From Somniosus microcephalus (taxonomy: Eukaryota): a stretch of DNA of 64,000 nt. This document shows, one piece after another, positions 39,441 to 52,621 of the stretch (position 1 is its first letter; each line of letters opens with the position of its first letter). The stretch lies in contig CM126228.1 of assembly GCA_052327205.1 (NCBI GenBank), forward strand, positions 21,142,001-21,206,000. Reading direction: 5' to 3'. The notes under the pieces are model-generated. The model was not told the origin of the DNA. It worked only from the letters and a program-made list of their open reading frames with translations, and did no database searches. Position numbers and translations under genes: made by a program.

Positions 39441-39943
39441 CCTTGGAGGCGGTGCAACAAAGGTTCACTAGATTGATTCCTGGGATGAGAGGGTTGTCCT
39501 ATGATGAGAGATTGTGTAGAATGGGCCTATACGCTCTGGAGTTTAGAAGAAGGAGAGGTGATCTCATTGAAACATATAAGATTCGGAGGGGGATTGACAG
39601 GGTAAATGCTGAGAGGTTGTTTCCCCTGGCCGGAGAGTTCAGAACTAGGACTGCATAGTCTCAGGATAAGGGGTCGGCCATTTAAGACTGAGATGAGGAG
39701 GAATTTCTTCACTCAGAGGGTTGTGAAACTTTGGAATTCTCTACCCCAAAGGTGTGTGGAGCTGAGTCTTAGTATATTCAAGGGTGAGATCGATAGATTT
39801 TTGGACTCGAGGGGAATCAAGAGATATGGGGGATCGGGTGGGAAAGTGGAGTTGAGGTCGAAGATCAGCCATGATCTTATTGAATGGTGGAGCAGGCTCG
39901 AGGGGCTGTATGGCCTACTCCTGCTCTTATTTCTTATGTTCTT
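39441..39943 (+). mobile_element. 5'-truncated CR1 LINE (ORF2 C-terminus and 3' UTR)
   Basis: LEAVQQRFTRLIPGMRGLSYDERL...RGDLIETYKI...HSLRIRGRPFKTEMRRNFFTQRVV; ends in a ttcttatgttctt tail. Confidence 0.9.
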
Positions 39944-40355
39944 GTCTGTATCCGACACACTTCAGGTGTCACACTGAAATAAAAGTGTTAAAAAAAGTGT
40001 CGGTCTGACCTCGAATTGACCTAAGCATCTGCTAAGACCAATGAGCCTCTAATTGACCTAAACAAACACAGCAACTATACCTTGTGGCGTTAGAGGGGCA
40101 CACCTGGCTGTAAACAGCAACATTTTAAGAGAAGAATCATACACTGCGTGTTACATGGTATAATGTTCCTTTCCATCTAAAACAACATATCCTTCAATCT
40201 ACCATGCACTGTGCCATGGGAGATCCACTAGTAATTGAAAAGAACTGATGGGATTATCACTCATTTCTATTACTAGAAGCATAAAGAACATAAAATATTG
40301 TTTAAATTTGTGTTTGATGTGCTGGCTAAGCACTAGTTGTAGTTTGCTGCAGTGA

Positions 40356-40810
40356 GGAACATGGGAACATAAGGAACAAGAGTAGGCCATTCAGCCCCGC
40401 GACTCTGCTCCGCTATTCAATTAGATCGTAGCTAATCCACACCTAAACTCCATTTACTCGTATTTGGTCCATTTCTCTTGATACCCTTATCTAACAAAAA
40501 TATGTCTGTCTCAGCCCTGAAAATTCTAACCGTCCCAGCATCCACAGCCTTTTGGGGGAGAGAGTTCCAGATTTCCACTACCCTTTGTGTGAAAAAGTGT
40601 CTCCTGAATGGCCTAACTCTAATTTTAATATTATGTCCTCTTGTTCTTGATCTACCCTACCCGAGGAAATAATTTCTCCGCATCAACCCTATCAAATTCT
40701 TTTAACATTTGTAACAGATCAATTAGTTCACCCCTCAGTCTTCTATACCCAAAGGAATACAAGCCACATTTATGCAACCTGTCCTCTTAATTTCACCCTC
40801 AAAGCCCAGC
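40356..40810 (-). mobile_element. Degenerate CR1 3' fragment
   Basis: gaacataaggaacaagagtaggccattcagcccc...tccacagccttttgggggagagagttccagatt, homologous to the other CR1 3' ends. Confidence 0.8.
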
Positions 40811-41734
40811 TGCACAGTCACCTTTTCCAGTTGGTCTTCTTACTGATATCAAACCTCTGATTGCTGAGAAATCAGCATGGATATTATTGGCTGGATGATA
40901 CTGCATGGATCTCATTGGATAGGACAGAAATGACACACTGAATTGATGCCAAACATTCAGCATAATTGGGGAACAAATTAATCTACTTCCTCAGTTAGCA
41001 TACTTCTTCCTTCACAGGTAATCGCGACCACATTAATACAACATTTGGATCTGAATTATAACCAATGGTGATTATTCAACAAGAATAACAAATGCATTTA
41101 CAGAGAACACGGATTTTCAACTTAAATAAACTCGAGGATGTGGAGCATCAAGTATATGTAGAGTTTTTGTACTAATTGGCTCTTCTGCCACTCCTATCAT
41201 AGATGCCTTTATGTGTGGCTGGGTTTCAGCCTCTGTTACTTCCAGTTGCCAGGTTGTAAAGGACAATTACTCTAATGCAATAGTAACGGTTACAGAATAC
41301 ACTCCACTTCCCAAGATGCAACATTGGCCTCGGAGCTGCAGTTTCCTGGTAACCCAGGAAATTCCTGCTGGTATTCTGAACCGATGTGCTATTGATTAGC
41401 AAAATGATGAATGGTGAGTAATAGAATTCCTTATCTAGGTTCAGGCAGGAAAAAGCAAAGACATACAGAAATGTTGTATCTGCATACTTCTATAGGCTCA
41501 CAGCCTGGAACGGAAACTACTGACCATTGTCTGCTTTAACACAGATTACAGAGAAATACATCTGCAGATTTCCCATACAGTGAGTCTGTGAATCACCTTT
41601 ATTTAATTAATGATTATGTTTTATATTTGTCAAATAAAAAAAATATGAATCTAGATTCATTATTTCAAGGTACCCATGTTAATAGTAGGACTGTAGTTGG
41701 CAGTTGTACAACTTATTTTCTTTTTTAAGAAAAA

Positions 41735-42140
41735 GACAACAACCACTTGCATTTATATAGCACCTTTAACGTAGTAAATCATCCTAAGGTGCTTCACAGG
41801 AGCGTTATCAGGCAGAATTTGAAACCGAGACACATAAGGAGATATTAGGACAGGTGAACAAAGCTTGGTCAAAGAGGTCGGTTTTAAGGAGCGTCTTAAA
41901 GGAGGAGAGGGAGGCGGGGAGGTTTAGGGAGGGAATTCCAGAGCTTAGGGCCTAGGCAGTTGAAGGCATGGCCACCAATGGTGGAGCGATGAAAATCGAG
42001 GATGCACAAGAGGCCAGAATTGGAGGAGCGCAGAGTTCTTGGAGGGTTATAGGGCTGGAGGAGGTTGCAGAGATAGGGAGGAGCGGGGCCACGGAGGGAT
42101 TTGAACAGACGGCTGAGAATTTTAAATTCGAGGCATTGTT
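41735..42140 (-). mobile_element. L2-clade LINE 3' fragment
   Basis: Minus-strand peptide EFKILSRLFKSLRGPAPPYLCNLLQPYNPPRTLRSSNSGLL...GGHAFNCLGPKLWNSLP, a typical L2 ORF2 C-terminus, with a tail of aac repeats. Confidence 0.85.
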
Positions 42141-43795
42141 GAAAAGTACAGTAATCTGTGACGGTATTTAATCTTGCTGGCACAAACATTCAGTGGCGGA
42201 GGCATCACAGTGTACACTAATAGCTGACACCAAATTAAAGTGACAGAGTTACAGTGATGTAGCTCTGTCACCCTTTGACACATGTTGATGTGAATGCCGG
42301 TCTGGCTGCAGTAAACTCATCATTGACAGGTCGTGACGGTGACGCATCAACTTTACATATCTGCCTCTTCAAAGTTGTCAGCATCGGGAAAGCTTTAAAT
42401 GACTGCAGTGACGGTAAATAGATCTCCAGCCTGCGGATGCCTGACTCTGAAATCATTGCATTTATGGGGTCCTTTTCCATCTTTGGTCAACTGTCACATT
42501 CAGCTTAAATATGTAATTAGCAATGCGTATATTAAAAGCCAGAGAATAACACAGCAGATAGCTAAAAAGGTAAACTGGCACGCGGAAAGTGTTTTTGAAA
42601 CAAAACGCACAAACCGTAAGGACGTGAGTTTTGAATTTTCAATAAATATAAATATTGTAGGCCACGCTTTTAGTAACAAATGGCAAGAAGTGGTTTTAAT
42701 TTATAAATCATAATGTCACCTAAAAAAAAATTAACACCATGTTTTAAGAGTGTTGCTGACTACAGTGTTAAAATTTAAGATCATCTAAAAAAAAATCACT
42801 GAACTGAAATTAAATCAAAGCAAGGCTAGACATGGTCTTGTGGGTTGTGAACAGGTACACAGTAATTTTAAGTATTTGTTGGAGCTGAGGCCTGTCATTT
42901 GAGACGTGATAAGAAATAATTTGTAATAAGAGAGCTACCTTCTTCAATTGTCTTCTGCTGAAGTGGAGAGTCCCAGTAATGATTTATTGCCCTGCTGCTT
43001 GTCTGCTGATAACTGGTCACCAAATGGCTCCTCATTACTCAAAGCTCCTTCGTTCTCTATAACCAAAATCTTTTCCCATTAGTCCAGTTTTGTTCAGGGG
43101 AAATGAATGTAAGACCTACCAATGTAAGCCCATAAACTATTTTAGTATATATATATTTAAAAAAATCATAAATAATGGGAGAAAATCTTGTTTGCTACGG
43201 CTGCTGGATCAACTGCCTCTTGGCCTTTTGATAGCATCTTTGAAATGGAAATGTCCAGCTGCCTGACCTTCTGTTCAATGACCCTTTTGTACAAAGTCAA
43301 ATCACCATGGCTTCTCCGCAGCCCAATCACAGCAATTCACCTGATGGATACTTTATGCCGTTAATACCATTTACAAAAAAAAATAGAATATTCTACCTTC
43401 AATGATTTCATGCTTGCTCACATTGAAAGAGCTAAAATTGTATAGGAAAGAAAAAGGAGCACGTGGAAAATCATGTTAAATGGGTACTTTTGCAATCTCC
43501 TATTAAACGTAATTTTATGGATCATAGAAACAACCACTCAAGTGGTAGAGAATTAAATGCAACTTATAACAAGTATACCCAGCGCAGTGCGGTCTTCTGC
43601 CGAGTCATGATAATAATTGGAAGAATGTTATAGTAAATTTGCTGCATGCATTTTGCAATAGCGACTTTATTGGTGTTTGTACAAGGTTTTCAGTGTCAAT
43701 TAATATACCCTGTGTGAAACCCATTGACTACCTGCAGAAGGAGCTCACAGATAATTAGTCATTATGGAAAGGAGGTTGTTAAATCGCTCACATTA

Positions 43796-43986
43796 ATACA
43801 AAAAGAAAATACAGCAGATGCTGGAAATCTGAAATAAAAACAGAAAATGCTGGAGATACTCAGCAGGTCAGGCAGCATCTGTGAAGAGAGAAACAGAGTT
43901 AACGTTTCAGGTCGATGACCAAAAGGTCTCTTCACAGATGCTGCCTGACCTGCTGATTATCTCCAGCATTTTCTGTTTTTATTTAT
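43796..43986. mobile_element. Second Penelope-type fold-back element (hammerhead CUGANGA core deleted)
   Basis: Same inverted arms as 4376-4576. The centre retains gacctgaaacgttaac on the minus strand but lacks the CUGANGA box. Confidence 0.7.
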
Positions 43987-45132
43987 TGTTAAATGCCTCA
44001 CCGTTTGATTATTTCAGCTTCTTATTGCGCACTTATGATTTTGTAAGGGAGGCTTGACTTGTTTAATTTGTAAAAGTTGCAGTTCAATGGAATGTTTATT
44101 TGAGAGTGTGGGTGGGGGGAGTGGTGGTGGTTGGCAATGATGTCAAGTTTCTCAGTGAGCGCATGAAACGATAGGGTTCGGAACAATGTGGCAAGCTGCC
44201 CAGTCTCTCAGCACACAAAAACTGGTTCATAATTACACTATAATTCAATCAGAAGTCTTTTGCTGCAGATAAATCCCTAATGAAATTAGGATTCTATGCA
44301 AAGTTAACACTGAATACAGACATTCATAAATTGGTAGATCACATCAGCACTACTTTCTATATAATCCCTCACAGTGTTGTACTCAGTTAATATCCAATTT
44401 GTAAAATCGGACTTTGGAAAGGCATAAGGTTAAGGCTGACGTGTTGTAACAGAGTCATTACATTTCTCATTCGGACACTTCATCACTCCAGCTGCCGTGT
44501 TTCATATCTGGTTTACTTACATTTATCTGCTGTGCTCATTAAGCGATGGCCTTCAGACAAGGGTGTGAAAACACACCTTGGATACCTGGGATGATGAGGC
44601 AGCCTTCGCTGAACCATTCCATATTAAAGCACCACACTGAACAACTCCACAGATCACAACTTCCTGCAGAATTAGATAACGGGGTAACATTCCCATATTA
44701 ACTTTTAGTTTGTAAAGATTTTCCTGTCTTCTTGAAAAATTTGGGCTGAAATCAATAGGCATTTTATAGATATATATACATAAGTTCACATTAGAATGAG
44801 GGACTAAAGAGCACTGCTCACTCTCTGCCAGTCGAGTCCATGATTATTCTGAGCCCTGACTCTGGATTCAGGCTGCCTTTATAGTATTGCTGAAAAACTG
44901 CTTCTCACCAACGTGAAACAGCTGTAATATAAAGGCAAACTTTGACATTTTAAAAGGAACTCCACTTATCAATCATAATGTGGTTTATTTTCTGTCCTTA
45001 CAAAAGCAGACCAACAGGTAGTGAAGAATAAGAAGATAACTTCCAACATCACAGAATGCAGAAAGTTACAGACTAAGTATGAAAGAAAGCAAAAACGACA
45101 ACTGAAAAATAGCACTATATCAGCTGTCATGA

Positions 45133-46410
45133 AAACAACAACAACTTGCATTTATATAGTACCTTTGATGTAGAAAAACGTCCCAAGGCATTTCACAGAA
45201 GCCTAATCAGATAAAAATGGACGTCAAGCTAAAGAAGGATGTATTAGGCGGGTGATCAAAGCATAGGCAAAGAGATGGCTTTTAAGGAGGGTCTTAGAGA
45301 GGGAGTGGTTTATGGAGTAAACTCCAGAGCATGGGGCCTAAATGGCTGAAGGCACGGCCATCAATGATGGGGCGAAAAGAGGATGCACAAGAAGCCAAAG
45401 TTGGAGGAATGTCGATTTTGGTGATTGGGGGCGGGGGATTTATCTAGGACTGGAGGAGGTTACAGAGATAGGGAGGGCTGAGGCCATGATGGGATTTAAA
45501 GATGAGGATGAGAATTTTAAATGAGAGGTATCGGGGGACTGGGAGCCAATGTATGTTATCAAGCACAGGGGTAATGGGTGAGCGGGACTTAGTGCAGGAT
45601 AGGATATGAGCAACAAAGCTTTGGATGAGCTGAAGTTTACAGAGGGCAAAGGAATGAAGGCCAGCTAGGAGAGTATGGAATTGTTGTCTGGAAATGACAA
45701 CGGGTATGGATGAGAGTTTCAGCAGTAGATGGGCTGAGACAGGTGCAGAAACAGGAAATGTTATGGAGGTGGAAGTGGGCGGTCTTTGTGATGGAGAGGA
45801 TATGGGATTGGAAGATCAGCTCAGAATACAACACCGAGGTACTGAACCATCTGATTCTACCCGAGAGACGGTGGAATAGGATGGAATTGGTGACAAAGAT
45901 ACAGAGTTTGTGGTGGGGCCTGAAGATGATGGCTTTGGTTTCCCAATGTTTAATTGGAAGAAATTACGGCTGATCCAAGACTGGATGTTAGATAAGCAGT
46001 CTGACAACACAGAGGCAATGGAAAAGTCCAGAGAGGCAGAGCTGGGTGACGTTAGTGTACATGTGGAAGCTGACCCCATGTCTTCAGATGATGTGGCCAA
46101 GAAGTGGCATGAAGAAGAGGAAGAGGAGGGGGAAAGGATCGATCCTTGGGGGACTCCAGAGGTAACAGTAGAGGGGTGGGAGAAGAAGCCATTGCGGGAG
46201 GTGCTCTGTCTATGATTCAACAGGGAAGAAAGAGTAGAACCAAGTGAGGGCAGTCCCACTTAGCTGAACAATGGAGGAGGTCGGTGAGGTCAACTGTTTC
46301 AAATGTTGCAGGGAGGTTGAGGAGGGTGAGAGGGATAGTTTGCCCTGGTCACAGAGGATGTAATTTGTGACGTTGATTAGGGCTGTTTCAATGCTATGGC
46401 TGGGATGGAA
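45133..46410 (-). mobile_element. Decayed L2-clade LINE (RT remnant and 3' end)
   Basis: Minus-strand remnants SHPSTVTSGVPQGSIL, LSDCLSNIQSWISRNFFQLNIGK and HILSITKTAHFHLHNI; same 3' tail as 41735. Confidence 0.85.
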
Positions 46411-46412
46411 AC

Positions 46413-47813
46413 AGGATGGCCTTCACCTAAACCGGAGAGGCACCCTTGTCCTTCTGGAAAGGGTAAATAGGGGAGTGGGGAAAGATTTAAACTAGTTAGG
46501 AGTGTGGGAGGGGGAAATCCACACAGTAGGTCAAAAAGTATGAGAAAATAGACCAGTAGGATATATGGGCAGTGTGGGGACAGTTATCCAATAAGAGTTC
46601 TATACGTGAATGCACAAAGCACAAACTATAAAACAAATGAGTTAGAAGCACAAAATGAGCTTAAAGGGTATGATGTAGTAGCCATTAGATGATCTGGCTG
46701 CAAGCTGGGCATAATTGGGAGATAAATATTTCAGGCAATAGGACCTTTAGAGAGGACAGGGAAATTGGGAAAGGAGGGAGAGTAACAATATTAATAGAAG
46801 GGAAGATTACAACAGTAGAAAGAAGAGATTTCAGTAAGGGCTATTAGGCAGTGGAAACACTATGGGTAGAGTTAAAGAACAGCAAAAGATGAAAAACTCT
46901 GGTAGGAGATGTCTACAGACTGCCTGATAGTCATGATGTTGTGGGGGATGTATAAATACAGAGATTAGGGAAGCATGTAGCAAAATGGTTATAATGGCAG
47001 ATTTGAATTTTCACATAGACTAGGAGAATCAAAACAACTCAAGTAACAAAGATAATGGCTTTGCAGAATGCATTCGTGACAGTTTCCTGGAACAATATGT
47101 TTTAGAACCTTCAAGGGAACAGGTTATAATACATTTTGCTAATGTGAATCCCATATATAAAAAGGGAGACAGAACAAGTCCAGGGAACTATAGACCAATT
47201 AGCTTATCAGTGATAGGATGATAATGGAATCCTTACTCAAAGATGTAATAGAAAAACATCTAGAAACTGAAAATATAATAAAGAGTAGTCAGTACGGATT
47301 CAAAAGCGAAGGTCATGCTTGACCAACCTTATTGAACTCTTTGAAGAAGTAACAGAAAGGATAGATAAGGGTAATGTAGTAGATGTAATATATTTGGATT
47401 TCCAAAAGGCCACATTCAACTGCATCCTGCATAGTAGACTCATAACTAATGTCAGAACATGTGGAGTCAGGGGACAAGTAGCAGAATGGATAGCAAGCTG
47501 GCTACAAAACAGCAAACAGAGAGTAGGGGTTAAAGATAATTTCTCAGATTGGAAAAAATGTGGGAAGTGGTGTTCCACAATAATTGGTGTTGGACCATTG
47601 TTGTTTACCATTTACATAAACAATTTGGACTCGAGAATCAGAAGTACAATTTCAAAATTTGCAGATGATGCCAAATTGGGGGTTGTAGTTAATACAGAGG
47701 AGAACTGTGACAAAATACAGGAAAACATTAATAAACTTGCACAGTATAGGTAAGTGTGAGGTAGTACATTTTGGTCGGAGGAATAAGGAGGGCACCTACT
47801 CCTTGGAAAATAA
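46413..47813 (+). mobile_element. Decayed CR1 LINE (ORF1 esterase end, APE remnant, RT part), cut off at a Harbinger end
   Basis: ggatggccttcacctaaac encodes DGLHLN, the SGNH/esterase motif of CR1 ORF1. It is followed by APE remnants (YVNAQS, VIMADLNF), then RT LTNLIELFEEVT...VIYLDFQKA...ISKFADDAKL...KCEVVHFGRRN. Confidence 0.85.
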
Positions 47814-48103
47814 GGCCAGAACTGTGCCTACCTGGGTGGGTCCAGTGTGGTTGGTGTCCGTGGGGGGTCGCGACCCCGCTGCTGTCTCCATCCCGCTGTT
47901 GAAAATGAGCTTACCTTAATGGGACCTATTAAGCCCGCCTAGCGCATTGCCCAACCCAATGAGATGGAGCTGGTCTGGTGACATCATTCATGATGCGTTT
48001 TCAGCCGGGATCCTTAAAGGGACCATGGCCACATTACTTCTGAAGTTTTATTTAACCTAGTGTTGTCAGTGCATAATACTTCTGAGGGATTCCTACTGCA
48101 ACT

Positions 48104-50056
48104 ATGTCCAGCACCAGACAAAAGTGTGCACCCCGATTCGATGAGGTCTCCCTCCAAGCTCTGGTGGAGGGACCAAGAGCATATAAGGAGGTGCTCTTTC
48201 CTTCCTCAGGGAGGAAAAAGCCTCCACAACAGACCAAAGCTGTGTGGCTGCAAGTGGCCCAGGAGGTGAATGCAATTTCACTGTGCAGCAGAACCTGGCT
48301 GCAGTGCAGAAAGAGGTTTCATGACCTTCTACGCACAGGAAAAGCGAGTATTCCATCCCCATGACCCTCAATCTGATCCCCATCGCCTCTCATCACCAGC
48401 ACTCTGCTTTGTCAACCTCCTCCTCCACATCCCACTTCACCCTTACATCCCTGCACCTTTACCCATTCCTTCTCTCTGTATGTTCACATTCACTTAACTA
48501 TTCGACTATGCAGCCCTCACACTCCCTATCACTGTGATGCTATGACAACAACTTACAACACACAGGGAGGGCCCTTGGTCTTGGCACCTCACTCCATCTT
48601 TGTGTCCTTCTAAGCATCTATGCTATGGATTCTCTACACTCACTCCTTCATTCTCACTCAAACTCCACTTGTGTCCCTCATTGCAGGAAAAGAAAGCCCA
48701 CAATAACAGGGAGAGGGCAAGGACAGGAGGAGGGCCACCCTCAATAGCCCAGCTCACCACTGCAGAGGAGGCAGCCCTGGAGATCGTGGGAGTGGAGGAG
48801 GATGCGCAAGTGGGGGGATGGACAGACGGGCGCATCACAGCAAGCTGGTGACAGAATAGTTTTGCATCTCTCTCATTGACATTGCATGAGTGACTGATAT
48901 GGATTATGATGCTTCAATGTGCACGCAACGTTTATCTCACATGTCTAACTCTTTCCTTTACTCCCCCACAGGACCATCGACAGCCCCCCTCCCCACTGTC
49001 CAGGAGGAACAGCCTGAGCCACCAGACTCCTCAGAGGAAGCTGCAACCTCTGAGGGTGTAGCGTCAGTAGAATTAAGCGCACCCAGCACCAGCGCAGAAA
49101 CTCACACCTCGGTGGGACCTTCGCGAGATAGAGTAGTGTTGTCACCTGGTGTATCACAGCTCACAAGTGAGCATCAGCAGATGGTGGAGACAGGGACAGC
49201 AGTGGAGAGTCCTCGTCGGAGAACGCAGGACTCTCCCAGCTCGGCTCAGCTGCATATCGACCTGGTGCCTCCGGGTCCATCCAGAAGGAGAGCGGAGCTG
49301 GAACTCCAGGAACAGGTGCAGGAGTCTCTGGCAGGTTTTGTCTCCAGGGTCACTGCAAGTGTGGAGCCCATCGCTAACATGAGCAGAGCCTTTGTGGAGG
49401 CGTTGGCGCATAAACGCATCACCATGGAAAGGATGGCAACCTCCATGGAAAGGATGGCTACCTCCGTGGTAAGGCTGGCTACCATAGAGGAGAAGATGGC
49501 TACAGTAGAGGAGAGGATGGCTACGGCCATGGAGGAGCTTAGTCGCCAGTGTTTTGAAAACATGGTCATTGTTCAGAATAGACTGACATCTCTTGAGGAG
49601 CGATGGTCAGCTATTGAGCAGAGAAACCAGACCTTCATGGAAGTCCTCTGGAGTAGGACTTCCATTGCAGAAACGGGTCCTCATGGCTCCCCTGAAGTGC
49701 AGCAAGGTGCTGTCAAGCCACTTGCTAGCTCTGAAGTGGGGCTGACCCATGAGAGGGATGTTGGTGGCAGACAACAAGGAAGTGGGGGCTCCTCTTCAAG
49801 CGCTCACATGACCATGCCACTGCAGAGCCCTCGGTCAGAGCCCCACCAGAGTCCACACCCAACTGAGATCGGCGTCTCAGCCCCTGCATAGCCGCAGGAG
49901 CAGCAGACTGTTGGCGAGCCCTCACAGGCTCGCAACCCCAAAGGATGCTCGCCAAAGGTGACAAGGCAGGAGCAGCAAAAAGTGAGCAAGGGGCCTCCAC
50001 ATCTGCTGATGCCACAGGGGAAGCACCATGTAGGAGCACGTGTAAGAGGAAGATAA
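48104..50056 (+). pseudogene. Harbinger A Myb/SANT-like DNA-binding protein, three exons (48104-48343, 48687-48847, 48972-~50056)
   Basis: MSSTRQKCAPRFDEVSLQALVE...AVWLQVAQEVNAISLCSRTWLQCRKRFHDL, then exon 2 EKKAHNNRERARTGGGPP (typical TGGG motif). Donor 1 is gcgagt. A one-base frameshift (probably in the G-run near 48812) and a stop at 49889-49891 inactivate it. Confidence 0.8.
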
Positions 50057-50320
50057 AGCACAAGTAGTCACAAAGGTAGTCACTTGGGTGTTCTGTTGTG
50101 CTTACGTTTGAAAAGCCATCCGTGAATTGAGATGATAAAAAAATTTGATGGCAAACTGTTGAAGTTGTGGCCTGTCATTTCGCAAATGGGACTTCCAGAT
50201 TGAGGGCTTAGGATGACTTGCAATTGTCAGTATGGTGGCCAGAGTGATAGGAATCCGCAGGTTCTTGTCCATTGTTGATACTCTGGTAAGGTATGAGGCA
50301 AAAGTGTTTGATTGGGCAGG

Positions 50321-51749
50321 CTAAGCAAATCTGGCCAATATGGGTGCATCCCTTGCATCCCGGGCAGCAATCTGCTCGCGTGCTGCTGCTGGTTGATGCG
50401 CCTCTGCAAGCTGTTCATTGTCACTCTCCACCTCCTCCTCCTCCTCCTCATCTGAGGAGGCTATGCGATCAGCCACTTCTACCTCATCCAGCTGCAAGCC
50501 ACGATGCTGTGCCATGTTGTGAAGTGCACAGCAGACCACGACGGTTCTGGAGACCCTGGCTGCTGAATACTGCAGGGCTCCACCTGATCTATCAAGGCAT
50601 CTGAATCGCATCTTCAGCAAGCCGATGGTTTGCTCGATTATGGATCTGGTGGAAATGTGGCTGGAGTTGTAGCGCTCCTCAGCTTCGTTGGATGGGCTCC
50701 TCAACGGCGTCATTTGCCACGTCTTCAGGGGATAGCCCTTGTCTCCAAGCAGCCTTCCGTAAAGTTGGTCTGGCGGACTGAAGAGCGGGGGCACACTAGA
50801 CTGGCGCAGGATGAAGAAGTCATGGCAACTGCCAGGGTACTTGGCTCAAACATGCAAAATCTCCTTCTTGTGGTCACACACCAGCTGCACGTTGAGGGAG
50901 TGGAAGCCTTTGCGGTTGACAAAAATACCTGGATTGTGATGGGGTGCCTTAAGGGCCACGTGTGCAGTCAACGACGCCCTGCACCCTTGGAAAACCTGCC
51001 AGATTTGCAAACCCAACCGCACGCGCGGTTATACTTGCTTAATCCTTGGAGAAGTTGATGTAATTGCGCGCGATGGCAAAGAGGGCATCGGTTACCTGCG
51101 TGATGCAAGTGTATGCGGCCGCCTGGGAGATGCCGCTGATGTCTGCTGTTGATCCCTGGAATGAGCCTGAAGCAAAAAAAGCTGAGTGCGATGGTGACTT
51201 TGATGGCCACTGGTAAGGGGTGTCCACCCGCTCCTCTGGGCTCCAGGTCTTGCTGCAGCATTGTGCAGATGTCACCCACTACCTCTCGCGACAGTCTGAG
51301 CCTCCTTTGGCACTGCTGCTCAGTCATGTTGAGGTAGCTCATCCTCTGTCTGTAAACCCTGTTTTGGGGGGTACTCTTTTTGTTCGTACCAAAAAAAAAA
51401 CAAATTGACTGTAAACAAAAGTTCAACTAAAACTTAACAAATCATATTAAAATTTGGTTATCCGGGTTGATGATGCACTCCAGTCCCCGCGGCGCCCACC
51501 GGTCACGGAAATACTCAAGCGCACTGGCGGACACCGCGTGCTCCATCTCCAGGGCTGTTTTGGGGGGTATCTCCTGCGCCGACGTGCTTCCATGTGCTGG
51601 CGCCTTCTGGCTTGTGCAGCTTCAGGTGGGTGAGCAGCAGCTTGGCGCTCCTGTTTTTGCTCCTGCTGTTGTTCAGGGTTCTGCTGCTGCCGTGGCTGGT
51701 CTTCGTCCAAATCTGATGTCCAGGAGGAAAGGAAATAAATGGTTCCCAT
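50321..51749 (-). pseudogene. Harbinger A DDE transposase (HARBI1-like), disrupted
   Basis: [70 protein letters not shown] and [17 protein letters not shown] supply the catalytic D-D-E. Broken by frameshifts, stops and a 181-bp insertion. Confidence 0.9.
51374..51554 (-). mobile_element. 5'-truncated non-LTR retrotransposon 3' end (Tx1/L1-like) with a 15-bp TSD
   Basis: Exact TSD CTGTTTTGGGGGGTA at 51359-51373 and 51555-51569. The minus-strand peptide LEMEHAVSASALEYFRDRWAPRGLECIINPDNQILI* is followed by a T-rich 3' UTR ending AAAAAGAG. The clade assignment is from recollection of Tx1 ORF2 C-termini. Confidence 0.7.
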
Positions 51750-52621
51750 GCTTCTGGTATATACCTCAGTCGAGGAAGTGCTCAGTCAAGGTGGAGAGAT
51801 GTCACACTGGAGATGGGTGTCAGGCTCCAAACTTCCACAACAATGAGTAGGCCTGCTAAAAGTTCCCTCAGACCTGAGACAACAAAGTTCTGCCACCTGC
51901 AAATGATCATTGCTGAAAACTCCTTTTTAATGGTGGAGCTGCAGCTGTTAGTAAGCAGTCCACTTGTGAGGCCACCAGGATTAACTGGCGTGTTCCAGAG
52001 GAGACGTGCAGGACAGGGGAAATGTGTTAAATTCAGAAAGGCCTCTCAAAATGGGATTATAGAGGCACTTAACTGGTTGTTAAGGGCCTTAAGGGCCTAT
52101 CCCACCTCTTGGAGGCGGGATGGAAATGGGGTCTGAAACCACAATTGTGGGAAAATTGCTCAGAGGCGGGATTGGGCCCGCCCGGCTTTTTTGCGATTTT
52201 AACACCTCACAAGCCCCCAAACTCGCCTCCTCGGGCCTGGCAAAATCCAGCCCAGAAAATCCAATGGGGAAAAAAGTCGGTATCGACCATTTTGGGGAGT
52301 TAACATCAGCAGGCCGCAAATTTTAGCGCCCGCCGCAAATTAGCGCCGGCGACCGCGAAATTCGTCTCTGAGGCTCCTGAAGGTGATTGGAGCGCTAAAT
52401 CAAGCGCTACACACTTCTCTTAGGGCGCTAACGTCAGGGAATGGAGCGCTACCTCAGAGCGCTACTCAAGCTCAACCGATGTCAATGACCTTGTATTCAG
52501 ACAGACTGGAACCTTGCAGTTCTTAAAAGGGAGGGTCCATCATGCTGCACAGCCTCACCCTGCTCATTGCTGTGTTTGACCTGGGTCTGCAAGGAGGTGC
52601 AATTCTTCAACTAGGAATCTC

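Larger units (their letters stand above)
47814..52253. mobile_element. Harbinger/PIF DNA transposon A (decayed autonomous copy)
   Basis: Convergent Myb/SANT (+) and DDE transposase (-) genes. Degenerate TIRs GGCCAGAACTGTGCC and (rc) GGGCTGGATTTTGCC, 10/15 identical. The TSD is not cleanly resolved (TAA left, AGA right). Confidence 0.8.

Noticed and set aside
50321-50794. Domesticated HARBI1 or NAIF1/MSANTD host genes
   Set aside because: Both transposases and both Myb genes carry stops, frameshifts and nested insertions and lie within TIR-bounded units, so they are dead transposon copies.
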